Assembly: GCA_021776315.1 (NCBI GenBank)
Contig: JAJFGD010000067.1
Location: 1-61,654, forward strand
Direction: 5' to 3'
DNA: 61,654 nt
DNA from: Hyphococcus sp.
Lineage (GTDB): Bacteria; Pseudomonadota; Alphaproteobacteria; Caulobacterales; Parvularculaceae
Shown here: one piece after another, positions 27,175 to 39,067 of the stretch
Position numbering within the stretch: position 1 is the stretch's first letter
Layout of the letters: the number at the start of each line of letters is the position of its first letter
Position numbers and translations under genes: made by a program
The notes under the pieces: generated by a model
What the model was told of the DNA's origin: nothing
The model's input: only the letters and a program-made list of their open reading frames with translations
The model's database searches: none

Positions 27175-27903
27175 TTATCGCTTTGGCAAGGAAAAAGCGA
27201 GCCAGACCCCCATTAGGGTCGCGGCAAGTCCATACCAGGTCAAAGCATATTCCAAATGGCGATTGTTAAAGTCGAGGCGTGTGGTGCCGCCTTTGGGCCA
27301 ATCACGCCCCTCAATCGCAAAGCTATCGATATAAAACGGCACAGTGGTAACGCCGGCACTTTCGGCAAAGCGCGTCGGGTCACGCACAAACCATAAACCG
27401 TCTACGGACTGTTCGACTGACCGAAACCAAGATGCAGGTGGTGACATTTTTTCCGCTGAACGGAAAAGCCCAACAACCTCAAATGTTATTCCCGTATTTA
27501 AAGTTGTGTCAGGAAAGTCGATTTCGGTCTCGGACTGCGGAACAAAACCAAAATTCACATAGACATTATGACCGCCCTTTGCATTGAGTGGCGCGAAATA
27601 AAAATAACCTGGCACTGCTTCATAAGCCCCAAAGACTTTTGCACTAGAACTGCTATTGCTTTGCGCATTTACAGCCAAATGAACGGGCACATATTCCATA
27701 TCCTCGCCAGCTTCAGCACGTGCGACAGCATCGTCAAATGCCAAGGGCGCAGCACCGAGGCGTTGCTCAACCTTTTCGATCAAACTCAATTTCCATTGCA
27801 GTCGTTTGACCTGCCAGCTGCCCAGGGCGATCAACATCGCCATCCCCAGAGCCGCACATATTGTCAGCACAGGACGGAATTCAAATTTTCGATTGGATAA
27901 CAT
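27175..27903 (-). CDS. surf1: SURF1 cytochrome oxidase assembly protein
   Basis: LGSWQVKRLQWK, VNFGFVP and NRHLEYALTWYGLA motifs; located in the cox cluster. Start at ATG 27903. Confidence 0.92.
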   Translation of the reverse strand: MLSNRKFEFRPVLTICAALGMAMLIALGSWQVKRLQWKLSLIEKVEQRLGAAPLAFDDAVARAEAGEDMEYVPVHLAVNAQSNSSSSAKVFGAYEAVPGYFYFAPLNAKGGHNVYVNFGFVPQSETEIDFPDTTLNTGITFEVVGLFRSAEKMSPPASWFRSVEQSVDGLWFVRDPTRFAESAGVTTVPFYIDSFAIEGRDWPKGGTTRLDFNNRHLEYALTWYGLAATLMGVWLAFSLPKR

Positions 27904-27904
27904 A

Positions 27905-28273
27905 TTACTCTTCAAGCCGGCCTTCGGCCGCTTTATTCGCATATTGCAAGGCGATCAAGGTCGCCTTTAAAGGGCGCAACATGGCAAAGATGGAAATCAT
28001 CGCCACACCAATACTTAATAAGAAGGCCAGCCAGATCGGTGCATACCAAACAAAACGCGCGATGAATGCGATGGCCACTGCCGCAAAACCAACAATGAAG
28101 ATCACAAACACAGCGGGGCCATCACCGGAATCTGCCTTTGCATAATCGAGATTACAATTGGCACAGGCCTCATGAAGCCCGAGATAGCTTTTGAACAACA
28201 TGCCCTGCCCGCAACGGGGGCACTTACACCCCAGACCAGCGGCATAGGGTGACACCGGCGGATAATATGTCAT
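27905..28273 (-). CDS. DUF983 family protein
   Basis: GLGCKCPRCGQGMLF...CANC, ADSGDGPAVF and LRPLKATLIALQY motifs. Confidence 0.9.
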   Translation of the reverse strand: MTYYPPVSPYAAGLGCKCPRCGQGMLFKSYLGLHEACANCNLDYAKADSGDGPAVFVIFIVGFAAVAIAFIARFVWYAPIWLAFLLSIGVAMISIFAMLRPLKATLIALQYANKAAEGRLEE

Positions 28274-28827
28274 GGAGTTTCCGTGACGAGATTAAACTCA
28301 AGCGTGATATTTTCTTCGCTTTCAATCTCACCGCGATGATAGGCGCGCGCCGATGACGTAAGCCCTCTCCGTGTTTTCACCATACAGGTTTCGAAATCAT
28401 CGTCGTCCGCTTCAAGGTCACCGCTTTCAATTAAGTCTGCTCGCAAGTCCTCAGGCAGATCGGCGCACAACATCATGGTGAGCCGAAACTGATCACGGTT
28501 CCCAGCACCATAATAATAAATATAACTATCATCTTCGCGTGTTTGCACGCCATAGCCATAGCGACCAATACGGCGAAAACGCATTTCAATTGGCTCTTCT
28601 TCTTCCGAAACAAAAGTGTAAAGGCGACTGCTGTCGAAAGAGACGTCCATCAACTGACAGTCGTCGACGTCCTCGCCCATTGGACACATCACATAGGCAC
28701 CGGGGCCAAGTGGTGTCGCGCGGCCATTTGCGGCGTCGAGCACTGGTTCTTCGGAGACCAGACATCCGCCAAGCGCTAGCGCGCCAGCCAGAATAAGGAA
28801 TTGGAGTTTGTATCGCAGAGAGCGCAT
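28270..28827 (-). CDS. Hypothetical lipoprotein
   Basis: GGAGG RBS; MRSLRYKLQFLILAGALALGGC lipobox; acidic, with four further Cys; 4-nt overlap with DUF983. Confidence 0.7.
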   Translation of the reverse strand: MRSLRYKLQFLILAGALALGGCLVSEEPVLDAANGRATPLGPGAYVMCPMGEDVDDCQLMDVSFDSSRLYTFVSEEEEPIEMRFRRIGRYGYGVQTREDDSYIYYYGAGNRDQFRLTMMLCADLPEDLRADLIESGDLEADDDDFETCMVKTRRGLTSSARAYHRGEIESEENITLEFNLVTETP

Positions 28828-28861
28828 CAGCCGCCCTCCCCTTGGTTGCTGCAAAGCAATC

Positions 28862-29800
28862 CTACGATAAAAGGCCTTGATTGCCGAGGACATAGACAAA
28901 AGCGAACAAAAACAACCACACAACGTCCACAAAGTGCCAGTACCAAGCCGCACATTCGAAACCAAAATGGCGATCAGGGGTGAAGTGTCCGGCCAATGCA
29001 CGAAATAGGCAGACGATGAGGAATATAGTCCCGATGATCACGTGCAATCCGTGGAAACCGGTCGCCATAAAGAATGACGCGCCATAGATGCCACCGCCAG
29101 AAAACTTAAACATGTCCAGTGACAAGGCTTCGTAATATTCGACCGCCTGAAGCGACGTGAAAAACAGACCCAAGACGATCGTCCAGATCAACCCTTGGAT
29201 GAGACCTTTTTTGTCGCCGGAGACAACAGCGTAATGTGCCCAGGTCACTGTCGTACCGGAAAGCAACAACACCAATGTGTTGATGAGCGGCAAACCCCAT
29301 GCGCTGAGCGGCTCAACCCCAACAGGTGGCCAAACAGCGCCCGTCGCATGAACGCGGCCATCATTGCCCATAAAGGCAGGATTGCCTTCCAGGTTCAGCA
29401 TCTGTGAACCGTCGAGCAACAGTACCGGATCACCAGCCCCAGGGAAAAGCGCAGCACCAAAGAATGCCCAAAACCATGCCGCAAAGAACATCACTTCTGA
29501 GGCAATGAACAAAATCATGCCGTAACGCAGCCCCAAACGAACGACCGTAGACGTGCTCTCGCCTGTCAGGCTTTCTTTGATGACGTCTCGCCACCAACCG
29601 ACAAAGGTCAGAAGAATGCCTGAGAAGCCGAGCAAGAATAGCCAGTTACCTTTCAGGCCAAACAGTCCATCGCCACTCCCGGCGGTTTCCATCCAGGTCA
29701 CTGCGCCGATCATCATCACAACAGCAGCGATGGAGCCAATCAGCGGCCATGCGCTTGGATTGACCAGATGGTATTCATGTTTGACTTCAGCGCCGGCCAT
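28862..29800 (-). CDS. ctaE: Cytochrome c oxidase subunit III
   Basis: HEYHLVNPSAWP, FIASEVMFF, WPP, TGFHGLHV and AWYWHFVDVVW motifs. Confidence 0.97.
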   Translation of the reverse strand: MAGAEVKHEYHLVNPSAWPLIGSIAAVVMMIGAVTWMETAGSGDGLFGLKGNWLFLLGFSGILLTFVGWWRDVIKESLTGESTSTVVRLGLRYGMILFIASEVMFFAAWFWAFFGAALFPGAGDPVLLLDGSQMLNLEGNPAFMGNDGRVHATGAVWPPVGVEPLSAWGLPLINTLVLLLSGTTVTWAHYAVVSGDKKGLIQGLIWTIVLGLFFTSLQAVEYYEALSLDMFKFSGGGIYGASFFMATGFHGLHVIIGTIFLIVCLFRALAGHFTPDRHFGFECAAWYWHFVDVVWLFLFAFVYVLGNQGLLS

Positions 29801-29945
29801 AGATCGCCCCTGTTCCCAGAAAAATCTTAAATCTGTTCGGTTTTCTATACTGGCGCGCCCACAAAATCCAAGTGTGGTGGCCTTTTCAGCCCGCGCTATT
29901 CAGCCGCAGCCCAATGAAGCAGGAACCACAAACCATGTGGAAATC

Positions 29946-30515
29946 CTATTTACCGGTTTCCAAGCCGGCGACCTGGGGCTCGTCGTCCCAAACGAAGAAG
30001 GTATAGGCGAGGGTAATGGTCTGGACCTCATCGAGGTTTTTATCGCTGGCCAGTTTTGGATCGATAAAATAGGTCACCGGCATTGAGATCTTTTGCCCAG
30101 GTTGGAGCGTCTGTTCAGTGAAACAAAAGCACTCAATTTTTTGGAAATAGATCCCGGCCTTGGCTGGAGACACGTTAAAGGTCGCCCGCCCCGTCACAGG
30201 TTTATCCGTCAGGTTTTCCGCCTCGTAAAAGGCAAGGCCCGTCTCACCGATTTTGAGCGTTTGTGAGACCTGTTCTGGTTTGAACCGCCAAGGCAGTCCT
30301 TGATTGACCGTCGCGTCAAAACGCACGGTGATATCACGGGCAATGACCCGATCCGCCGGCGCATCCGCGCGCTGGGTCGTGCCACCCCAACCCGTAACTT
30401 GGCAAAATGCTTGATAGGCTGGCACCGCCGCAAACGACATTGCGACCATCCCGGCAACAACGCCCGACACAATCATCGCCGTTTTCTTATTTTTCGCCGC
30501 AGTATCCACGGGCAC
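29946..30515 (-). CDS. ctaG: Cytochrome c oxidase assembly protein CtaG/Cox11
   Basis: FAAVPAYQAFCQVTG, YFQKIECFCF and ITLAYTFF motifs. Confidence 0.95.
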   Translation of the reverse strand: MPVDTAAKNKKTAMIVSGVVAGMVAMSFAAVPAYQAFCQVTGWGGTTQRADAPADRVIARDITVRFDATVNQGLPWRFKPEQVSQTLKIGETGLAFYEAENLTDKPVTGRATFNVSPAKAGIYFQKIECFCFTEQTLQPGQKISMPVTYFIDPKLASDKNLDEVQTITLAYTFFVWDDEPQVAGLETGK

Positions 30516-30521
30516 GCTCCA

Positions 30522-30698
30522 CTAAAATGGTCGGTCAGCGACGGCGCCACCAATGCGCAAAATTGTCACCAGAAAAACAATCAACATGAAAGCACCCAAA
30601 CCAAGCGCAATCGCTAGGTTGCGTTGCTTTCGCTGCTTTTGTTCGTCGGGCACGGATACAGACGTCTCACCCGGATTATTGTTCGGTTCTTTATCCAT
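30522..30698 (-). CDS. Small single-TM protein (CoxF-like), below the ORF-track cutoff
   Basis: Hand translation gives [58 protein letters not shown] (58 aa), between ctaB and ctaG and overlapping the ctaB stop. Confidence 0.8.
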   Translation of the reverse strand: MDKEPNNNPGETSVSVPDEQKQRKQRNLAIALGLGAFMLIVFLVTILRIGGAVADRPF

Positions 30699-31608
30699 GT
30701 AATCCCGTCACGCTTTCCACCAAGATGGTCGCAAAAATCGCAAACAAATAAAGGATTGAAAATCCAAAAAGTTTTTTCGCTGGGCCGTGATCTGATTGAT
30801 CCGTGTTCAACACTTTCCAGGCAAGCGCCACAAACCAGGCCCCAAGCACCACGGACACGGCCAGATAGAGATATCCCGCCATCCCAACAACAAATGGCGA
30901 CATGCCCGCAAAAGCCAGCACAATTGAATAGCCGAAAATCTGACGCCGGGTTGCCCGATCCCCTTCGACCACTGGCAACATAGGCACGCCCGCGCGCTCA
31001 TAGTCGCCTTGCTTAAACAAGGCCAGTGCCCAAAAATGCGGGGGTGTCCAAAGGAAAATTACGGCGAATAAAATCCAGGGCTCAAGCGGTGTGGATCCAG
31101 AAACCGCCGCCCAACCAACGACCGGCGGCAATGCCCCGGCTGCACCACCTATGACGATGTTTTGCGGTGTTAGGCGTTTCAACCACATGGAATAGATGAC
31201 GACGTAGAAAAAGATCGTGAAGGCCAGTAAACCGGCGGCTAAATAATTTGAGGCCAATGCCAATAGCGCAACCGATAAGGCTGACAAGAAACCGCCAAAG
31301 GCCGCCGCCTCCGCTTTTGGAACGAGACCCGCCGGGATCGGCCGTCCTGCGGTACGCGACATCACCGCATCAATATCAGCATCCCACCACATATTGAGCG
31401 CCCCAGACGCGCCAGCCCCAACAGCAATCGACAATAGGGAAACAGCAGCAAGACCGGGATGAATAGTCCCCGGCGCAGCAACCATGCCGACAAAAGCGGT
31501 GAAAATGACCAGCGACATGACGCGCGGCTTTAACAGCGAGAAATAATCCCGCGGTCCCGCAAGCGCATAGCTCGCTTCATTTGGTGTATCGTCACGCATT
31601 GTGTCCAT
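30691..31608 (-). CDS. ctaB: Heme o synthase (protoheme IX farnesyltransferase)
   Basis: [40 protein letters not shown] and WTPPHFWAL motifs. Confidence 0.97.
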   Translation of the reverse strand: MDTMRDDTPNEASYALAGPRDYFSLLKPRVMSLVIFTAFVGMVAAPGTIHPGLAAVSLLSIAVGAGASGALNMWWDADIDAVMSRTAGRPIPAGLVPKAEAAAFGGFLSALSVALLALASNYLAAGLLAFTIFFYVVIYSMWLKRLTPQNIVIGGAAGALPPVVGWAAVSGSTPLEPWILFAVIFLWTPPHFWALALFKQGDYERAGVPMLPVVEGDRATRRQIFGYSIVLAFAGMSPFVVGMAGYLYLAVSVVLGAWFVALAWKVLNTDQSDHGPAKKLFGFSILYLFAIFATILVESVTGLHG

Positions 31609-31685
31609 GGGGCGGCTTATGCCCCAAAGCCAGCCGAGAGGAAACCATTACTACCCCGAAAAGGGGGTGGCGGAGCGTCGCGATA

Positions 31686-32069
31686 TCAGCCGCGGCCGAA
31701 TATTGAGCGCACGCCAAATAGAACGAAGATCAGCAACATGAAAGCCAGGAAATACGCCAACAGTGTCGCCGCTGTCAGCCCCATAAAGATGCTCCAGCTC
31801 GCTTCCAGCTGGCCGACCAAGCGTCCGCCCGTCACCGCGCCGCCTTCTGGTGTTGGCCCGGCAAACACCCCGCGCAAATAGCCGCCGATGGCATAAAGCG
31901 TCAGCGACAATATAGTCATAGAGCTAATCTGGGTTGCCCGCTTCATAGCGAGCGCAGATACCAATACGGCCCCAAAAGCAATCAGCAGTGAAATCCAATC
32001 ACCATTCAAAAACGTTCCCCGCATCACGCGCAGAACATCATTCGCGATCATTTCTAGCATAGTCCCCAT
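31686..32069 (-). CDS. Hypothetical membrane protein (paralog B)
   Basis: Three hydrophobic segments; aligns by eye with 32211..32570. Confidence 0.75.
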   Translation of the reverse strand: MGTMLEMIANDVLRVMRGTFLNGDWISLLIAFGAVLVSALAMKRATQISSMTILSLTLYAIGGYLRGVFAGPTPEGGAVTGGRLVGQLEASWSIFMGLTAATLLAYFLAFMLLIFVLFGVRSIFGRG

Positions 32070-32089
32070 CCCCTTAGGCTGACCAACCT

Positions 32090-32117
32090 TGAAACCGATG
32101 CACCCCCATCGGTTTCA
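32090..32117. repeat. Perfect 11-bp inverted repeat between the paralogous genes
   Basis: tgaaaccgatg-N6-catcggtttca. Confidence 0.6.
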
Positions 32118-32210
32118 GCCCCGTCGATCTCAATTAATGTAGTCTTCTCATAGAAACACCGACGCACACATGGCGCGTCGGCGTTGTCTCATTAAAGTGG
32201 TTCCGCCGAA

Positions 32211-32570
32211 TTAGCCGCGGAAGAGCAGTGATCGGACCAAAGATAGAACGCCGATAGCAACTGCGAAGGTGATCAAATATCCGACCATTGTCGATCCAGA
32301 TACGCCGCCCATCGTCGCCCAACCAGCTTCAAGCTGTCCGATCCATGTTGCAGGATCGGTTGGTGCAGCACTCGTTGCGCCGCCATAAACGATCCAAATG
32401 ATTGCCAATACGACCAGTGCCAAAACACTCGTACATAGAATTTGTCCAAAACTTCTCATGGAAAAGACGCCGACCAGCACCGCCCCGATGACCATGGCTA
32501 GAAAAATCATATCCCCACCGAGGAAGATTGATTCCGCCACATTCCGAATATCTGAAATTATGAGTTCCAT
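32211..32570 (-). CDS. Hypothetical membrane protein (paralog A)
   Basis: Three hydrophobic segments; FLGGD, GAVLV, GQLEAGW and VRSLLFRG match the neighbouring ORF. Confidence 0.75.
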   Translation of the reverse strand: MELIISDIRNVAESIFLGGDMIFLAMVIGAVLVGVFSMRSFGQILCTSVLALVVLAIIWIVYGGATSAAPTDPATWIGQLEAGWATMGGVSGSTMVGYLITFAVAIGVLSLVRSLLFRG

Positions 32571-32604
32571 TGCAAACGCCCCTATTCGCTTCGATAGTTA
32601 CTTT

Positions 32605-32667
32605 GTTAACTGTTCCCTAACTAAGGTTAACGACATTTTTTTTATCAGGTCACGCTGCAGTGCAGCA
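32605..32667 (-). promoter_or_regulatory. CtrA-like site and PhaR-like palindrome upstream of the paralog pair
   Basis: Minus-strand TTAG-GGAACAG-TTAAC at 32605-32620 with an extra GTTAAC at 32626-32631; TGCAGTGCAGCA at 32656-32667. Confidence 0.4.
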
Positions 32668-32677
32668 TTTATGGGTC

Positions 32678-32715
32678 AAAAAAACCCGCCGCTTCGAAAA
32701 ACGGCGGGCTTTTTT
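32678..32715 (-). terminator. Rho-independent (bidirectional) terminator after ctaD
   Basis: A7-CCCGCCG-loop-CGGCGGG-C-T6, about 20 nt past the ctaD stop. Confidence 0.85.
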
Positions 32716-32737
32716 AGAATTTGTCATTTTGCCGCGA

Positions 32738-35585
<2,848 letters not shown>

Positions 35586-35822
35586 TGATTCCTGCGTCAT
35601 CGCACTTCGAGAAATAATACCGTCTTGAACGGCGCTGAATATGGTCGATACGCCTATCCAGCCGCGCGCGTCAATTTCGGCCCGCTTATAGGCCGCCGCG
35701 GGGCCCAGCGTCATCGCGCAAATGAAGGAAAAATGGTCGCAGCAGCATTTTGGCTTTTTCAGCCGCTGTTGGCGTCAAATCCCGAGAAAGGCTATCATAG
35801 CCTCCGGATATAGGAGATCTCC

Positions 35823-36371
35823 ATGACCAAACCCATCACACTCGCCCTATTCGCTCTACCCATGTGGATAATTTCAGCGGGTCTTAGTGCCGCCCAAGAA
35901 ACCAGCGATCCATCAATGAAGATTGTCGTGGGCAGCAAATGGCCGCTGGCGAATGAGTGTTATGAAAATGCGCGTGACACTAGAGAGGACTATGAAGCAC
36001 TTGATCCGTGCAATCAGTCACTTGAGACCGAATCACTGTCACAGCGCCGCCGCGCCGGTGTTCACGCCAATCGGGGCGTCATTTACTACAATATTGGCGA
36101 ATATCAGCTTTCTGTGGACGACTTCACCGAGTCCTTGGATCTCGAGATTAATGTCATTGCAAAGATCAGAGCCAATCGTGGGCTTTCATTTGAGGCCTTA
36201 GGTTACGAAAACCTGGCCAGAGCCGACTATGTGGAGGCGCTAAAAATCAATCCGGACCACAAAGTGGCATCGGAACGCCTCCAAGAGCTGAACAAGCCAC
36301 TCTATGATCGCTCAACGATTCCGCGGAAAATTACCGTGGAAGCGCCAAATGTTTCGATGGCGGGAATATGA
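35823..36371 (+). CDS. Exported TPR-repeat protein
   Basis: AGGAGA RBS, signal peptide, TPR motifs HANRGVIYYNIGEY and RANRGLSFEALG...ALKINP. Confidence 0.8.
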   Translation: MTKPITLALFALPMWIISAGLSAAQETSDPSMKIVVGSKWPLANECYENARDTREDYEALDPCNQSLETESLSQRRRAGVHANRGVIYYNIGEYQLSVDDFTESLDLEINVIAKIRANRGLSFEALGYENLARADYVEALKINPDHKVASERLQELNKPLYDRSTIPRKITVEAPNVSMAGI

Positions 36372-36417
36372 AGCAAAGGGCGTTGCTGTCTGCTTCAGCG
36401 CGCCCTACATCCAATAC

Positions 36418-37836
36418 ATGACAGATTCATATTTTTTCTCCCGAACCGATCTCGATCAATCCCGCGCTCAAGGGGTATTAGATGACGCCCTCAATGGGGC
36501 TGATGATGGCGAGCTCTATCTTGAATATGCCCAATCCGAGGCATTTGTATTCGACGACAACCGGTTGAAAACGGCGAGCTTTAACGTGGATCAAGGATTT
36601 GGCCTGCGCTCAGTATGTGGCGAATCCACAGGATATGCGCATTCATCCGAGCTGTCGGAAGAGGCCTTGAAGCGCGCTGGCAATGCCGTCCAGGCCGTCA
36701 AAATTGGCAAAGGCGGTGCCATCGCTGACGGCCCTGCCCGTACCAATACAAAGCTCTATTCTGACGAGAATCCGCTCGGCGACATGGCTTTTGAAGAGAA
36801 AACCAAGCTTCTTGAAGACATCAACAATTATGCTCGATCAAAAGACGCGCGTGTTCGCCAGGTTTCAGCGTCACTTTCTGGGGAATGGTCAGCAGTTGAG
36901 ATTTTGCGCCCCGGTGGCGAAATCATCCGCGATTTCCGCCCGCTCGTTCGGCTCAATGTCTCTGTCACCGCCGGCGATGGTGATCGGCAAGAATCAGGCA
37001 GCTATGGCGCAGGCGGACGTCACACCTATGCCCAATATGTTTCCCCCGATGCCTGGCAGGCGCAAGTTGACGAAGCACTGCGCCAGGCGCTGATCAATTT
37101 GGAAGCCGAACCTGCCCCAGCCGGTGAGATGGAAGTTGTCTTGGGGCCAGGCTGGACAGGTGTTCTTCTCCACGAAGCTGTGGGTCATGGGTTGGAAGGC
37201 GACTTTAATCGCAAATCCGAATCCGCTTTTGCTGGCCGCATTGGCGAACGCGTCGCAGCACCAGGCGTGACGGTTGTCGACGATGGCACCCTTGAAGGGC
37301 GGCGTGGATCATTGAGTGTTGATGATGAAGGCACACCAACATCGCGAACCGTGTTGATCGAAGACGGGATTTTGAAAGGCTATCTTCAAGATCGCCTCAA
37401 TGCCCGCCTGATGGGCATGGCGGCAACTGGCAATGGTCGCCGCGAAAGCTTCGCGCACCAACCGATGCCGCGCATGACCAACACCTTCATGCTGGCTGGT
37501 GATCGGCATCCGGAAGAAATTTTAAAATCCGTCAAGGACGGCATTTACGCGGTGAATTTCTCTGGTGGGCAGGTCGACATCACGTCTGGCAAATTCGTCT
37601 TTAATTGCACCGAGGCCTATCGCGTTAAAAATGGTAAGGTCGGAGCGCCCTTAAAAAATGTTGCCCTGATCGGGGACGGTCCAAGCGTGATGACGAAAGT
37701 CTCCATGATTGGGAACGACTTCTCTCTTGATCCTGGCATCGGCGTTTGCGGTAAAGCGGGACAAGGCGTGCCCGTTGGCGTTGGTCAACCGACGATTAAA
37801 ATCGACCGCCTCACCGTCGGTGGTGCCGCGGCGTAA
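36418..37836 (+). CDS. tldD: Metalloprotease TldD
   Basis: GADDGELYLEY, zinc motif LLHEAVGHGLEGDFNRK, PRMTNT and CGKAGQGVPVGVGQPT. Confidence 0.97.
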   Translation: MTDSYFFSRTDLDQSRAQGVLDDALNGADDGELYLEYAQSEAFVFDDNRLKTASFNVDQGFGLRSVCGESTGYAHSSELSEEALKRAGNAVQAVKIGKGGAIADGPARTNTKLYSDENPLGDMAFEEKTKLLEDINNYARSKDARVRQVSASLSGEWSAVEILRPGGEIIRDFRPLVRLNVSVTAGDGDRQESGSYGAGGRHTYAQYVSPDAWQAQVDEALRQALINLEAEPAPAGEMEVVLGPGWTGVLLHEAVGHGLEGDFNRKSESAFAGRIGERVAAPGVTVVDDGTLEGRRGSLSVDDEGTPTSRTVLIEDGILKGYLQDRLNARLMGMAATGNGRRESFAHQPMPRMTNTFMLAGDRHPEEILKSVKDGIYAVNFSGGQVDITSGKFVFNCTEAYRVKNGKVGAPLKNVALIGDGPSVMTKVSMIGNDFSLDPGIGVCGKAGQGVPVGVGQPTIKIDRLTVGGAAA

Positions 37837-37879
37837 TCCTAACGTCACTAGGATCTAGAGACCCAGCATGGCAAAAACT

Positions 37880-38980
37880 CTACGCCGAAGCTTGCCAGAT
37901 AATGTTGGAGACAATCGCCATCACGATGGACAATAAAATCAGCCAGTAAATCAAGCCAGACATCAGCGCCGTCCAAATCGTTTTGACCCATCCGCGACCG
38001 TAAGCGCGTTTCAGCGCTGCAAAATAATAAATCGCAATCCCAAAGAACGCCCCGGTTCCGGTGTATGGCACACCAAACTGTGCCAAAATCAATGCCAACG
38101 CAATGATACCGAATGCCGTTGCGTGGGTGTAGAATGACAAAACCAGATGATCGAAAATCAGGGCATCACGACCACGAATAAAGACGGTCATGATCAGTGC
38201 CAAAATTGGTGTCATCAAAAACAAAACTCGTGGCAGCCAATTGTTAAAGGCATTATTGAGCGCGCCGGGATCAGCAACGAGCCAATTCGCGCCTGTTAAA
38301 ACCCGCTCCATAATCGCAGTGGCATCTTCTTCACCAAAACCGGATTCCGAGAGCTCTTCGCCAATTTGGATATTTTCACCTGATTGGATCTCAGATCGCC
38401 CTTGGGTGCGCACTTGCTCAAGGCAGGCATTCCAAAGTTCCTGATTACTGGCGATATCTTTTTCTTTAACGAAAAACCGTGCCCCTAAACTCAATCCACA
38501 TTCAATGGAGGGGGAGGGTAATATCTCATCTTCTCCTTCACTTAACTCCGTGAGAACTGCTTGTGCAGCTTCGTCAGCTTCCCTAACCTCAACAGCAAAA
38601 AACAATGTTTTCGTCAGCGCGATGGTGACGAAAAACAAAAAGCTTACCACCAAAAACATACGTACCGGCGGTGTAAACCGTGAGCGTCTTCCGTGTGCAT
38701 AGTTTTTTGGGACAAGCCCCGGCGCAATTGCCATAAGCCCGAGCGTGCGCCACATCCGACTTTCAAATCCTAATGTGTCGCGCATAAAATCTCGCGCTAA
38801 CAAGAAAGAGCTGCGTCTTAGATCGTCATTCTTTTGCCCACACCAGGCGCAAAACGTACCGCCAACGGGATTGCCACATGACAAGCATGAAACTGCGGCA
38901 AGCGCTGCATCCGGCGCTTCAGACGGTTCCGCAGCGACACCCTCTTCGCCATCACCATCGATGTCGTCAAACTCACTCAT
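37880..38980 (-). CDS. DUF3667 domain membrane protein
   Basis: Zinc ribbon CLSC...FCAWCGQ, GRRSRFTPPVRMFL and C-terminal TMs. Confidence 0.82.
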   Translation of the reverse strand: MSEFDDIDGDGEEGVAAEPSEAPDAALAAVSCLSCGNPVGGTFCAWCGQKNDDLRRSSFLLARDFMRDTLGFESRMWRTLGLMAIAPGLVPKNYAHGRRSRFTPPVRMFLVVSFLFFVTIALTKTLFFAVEVREADEAAQAVLTELSEGEDEILPSPSIECGLSLGARFFVKEKDIASNQELWNACLEQVRTQGRSEIQSGENIQIGEELSESGFGEEDATAIMERVLTGANWLVADPGALNNAFNNWLPRVLFLMTPILALIMTVFIRGRDALIFDHLVLSFYTHATAFGIIALALILAQFGVPYTGTGAFFGIAIYYFAALKRAYGRGWVKTIWTALMSGLIYWLILLSIVMAIVSNIIWQASA

Positions 38981-39067
38981 GATGCACCCCTCTACCTCTA
39001 GCTTAGCATTATGCGGCGCAACATTGAAGGCTGTCCCAAATAGGCAAGCACGGCTAGAACCTTTTCT

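Noticed and set aside
29330-29445. Somewhat long loop before WPP in CtaE
   Set aside because: This loop varies in length among subunit III proteins and is too short to call a domain.
35586-35822. RegA boxes upstream of ctaC (also looked for at senC/regB)
   Set aside because: Only loose GC-rich matches to GCGGC-N5-GTCGC, not distinguishable from background by eye.
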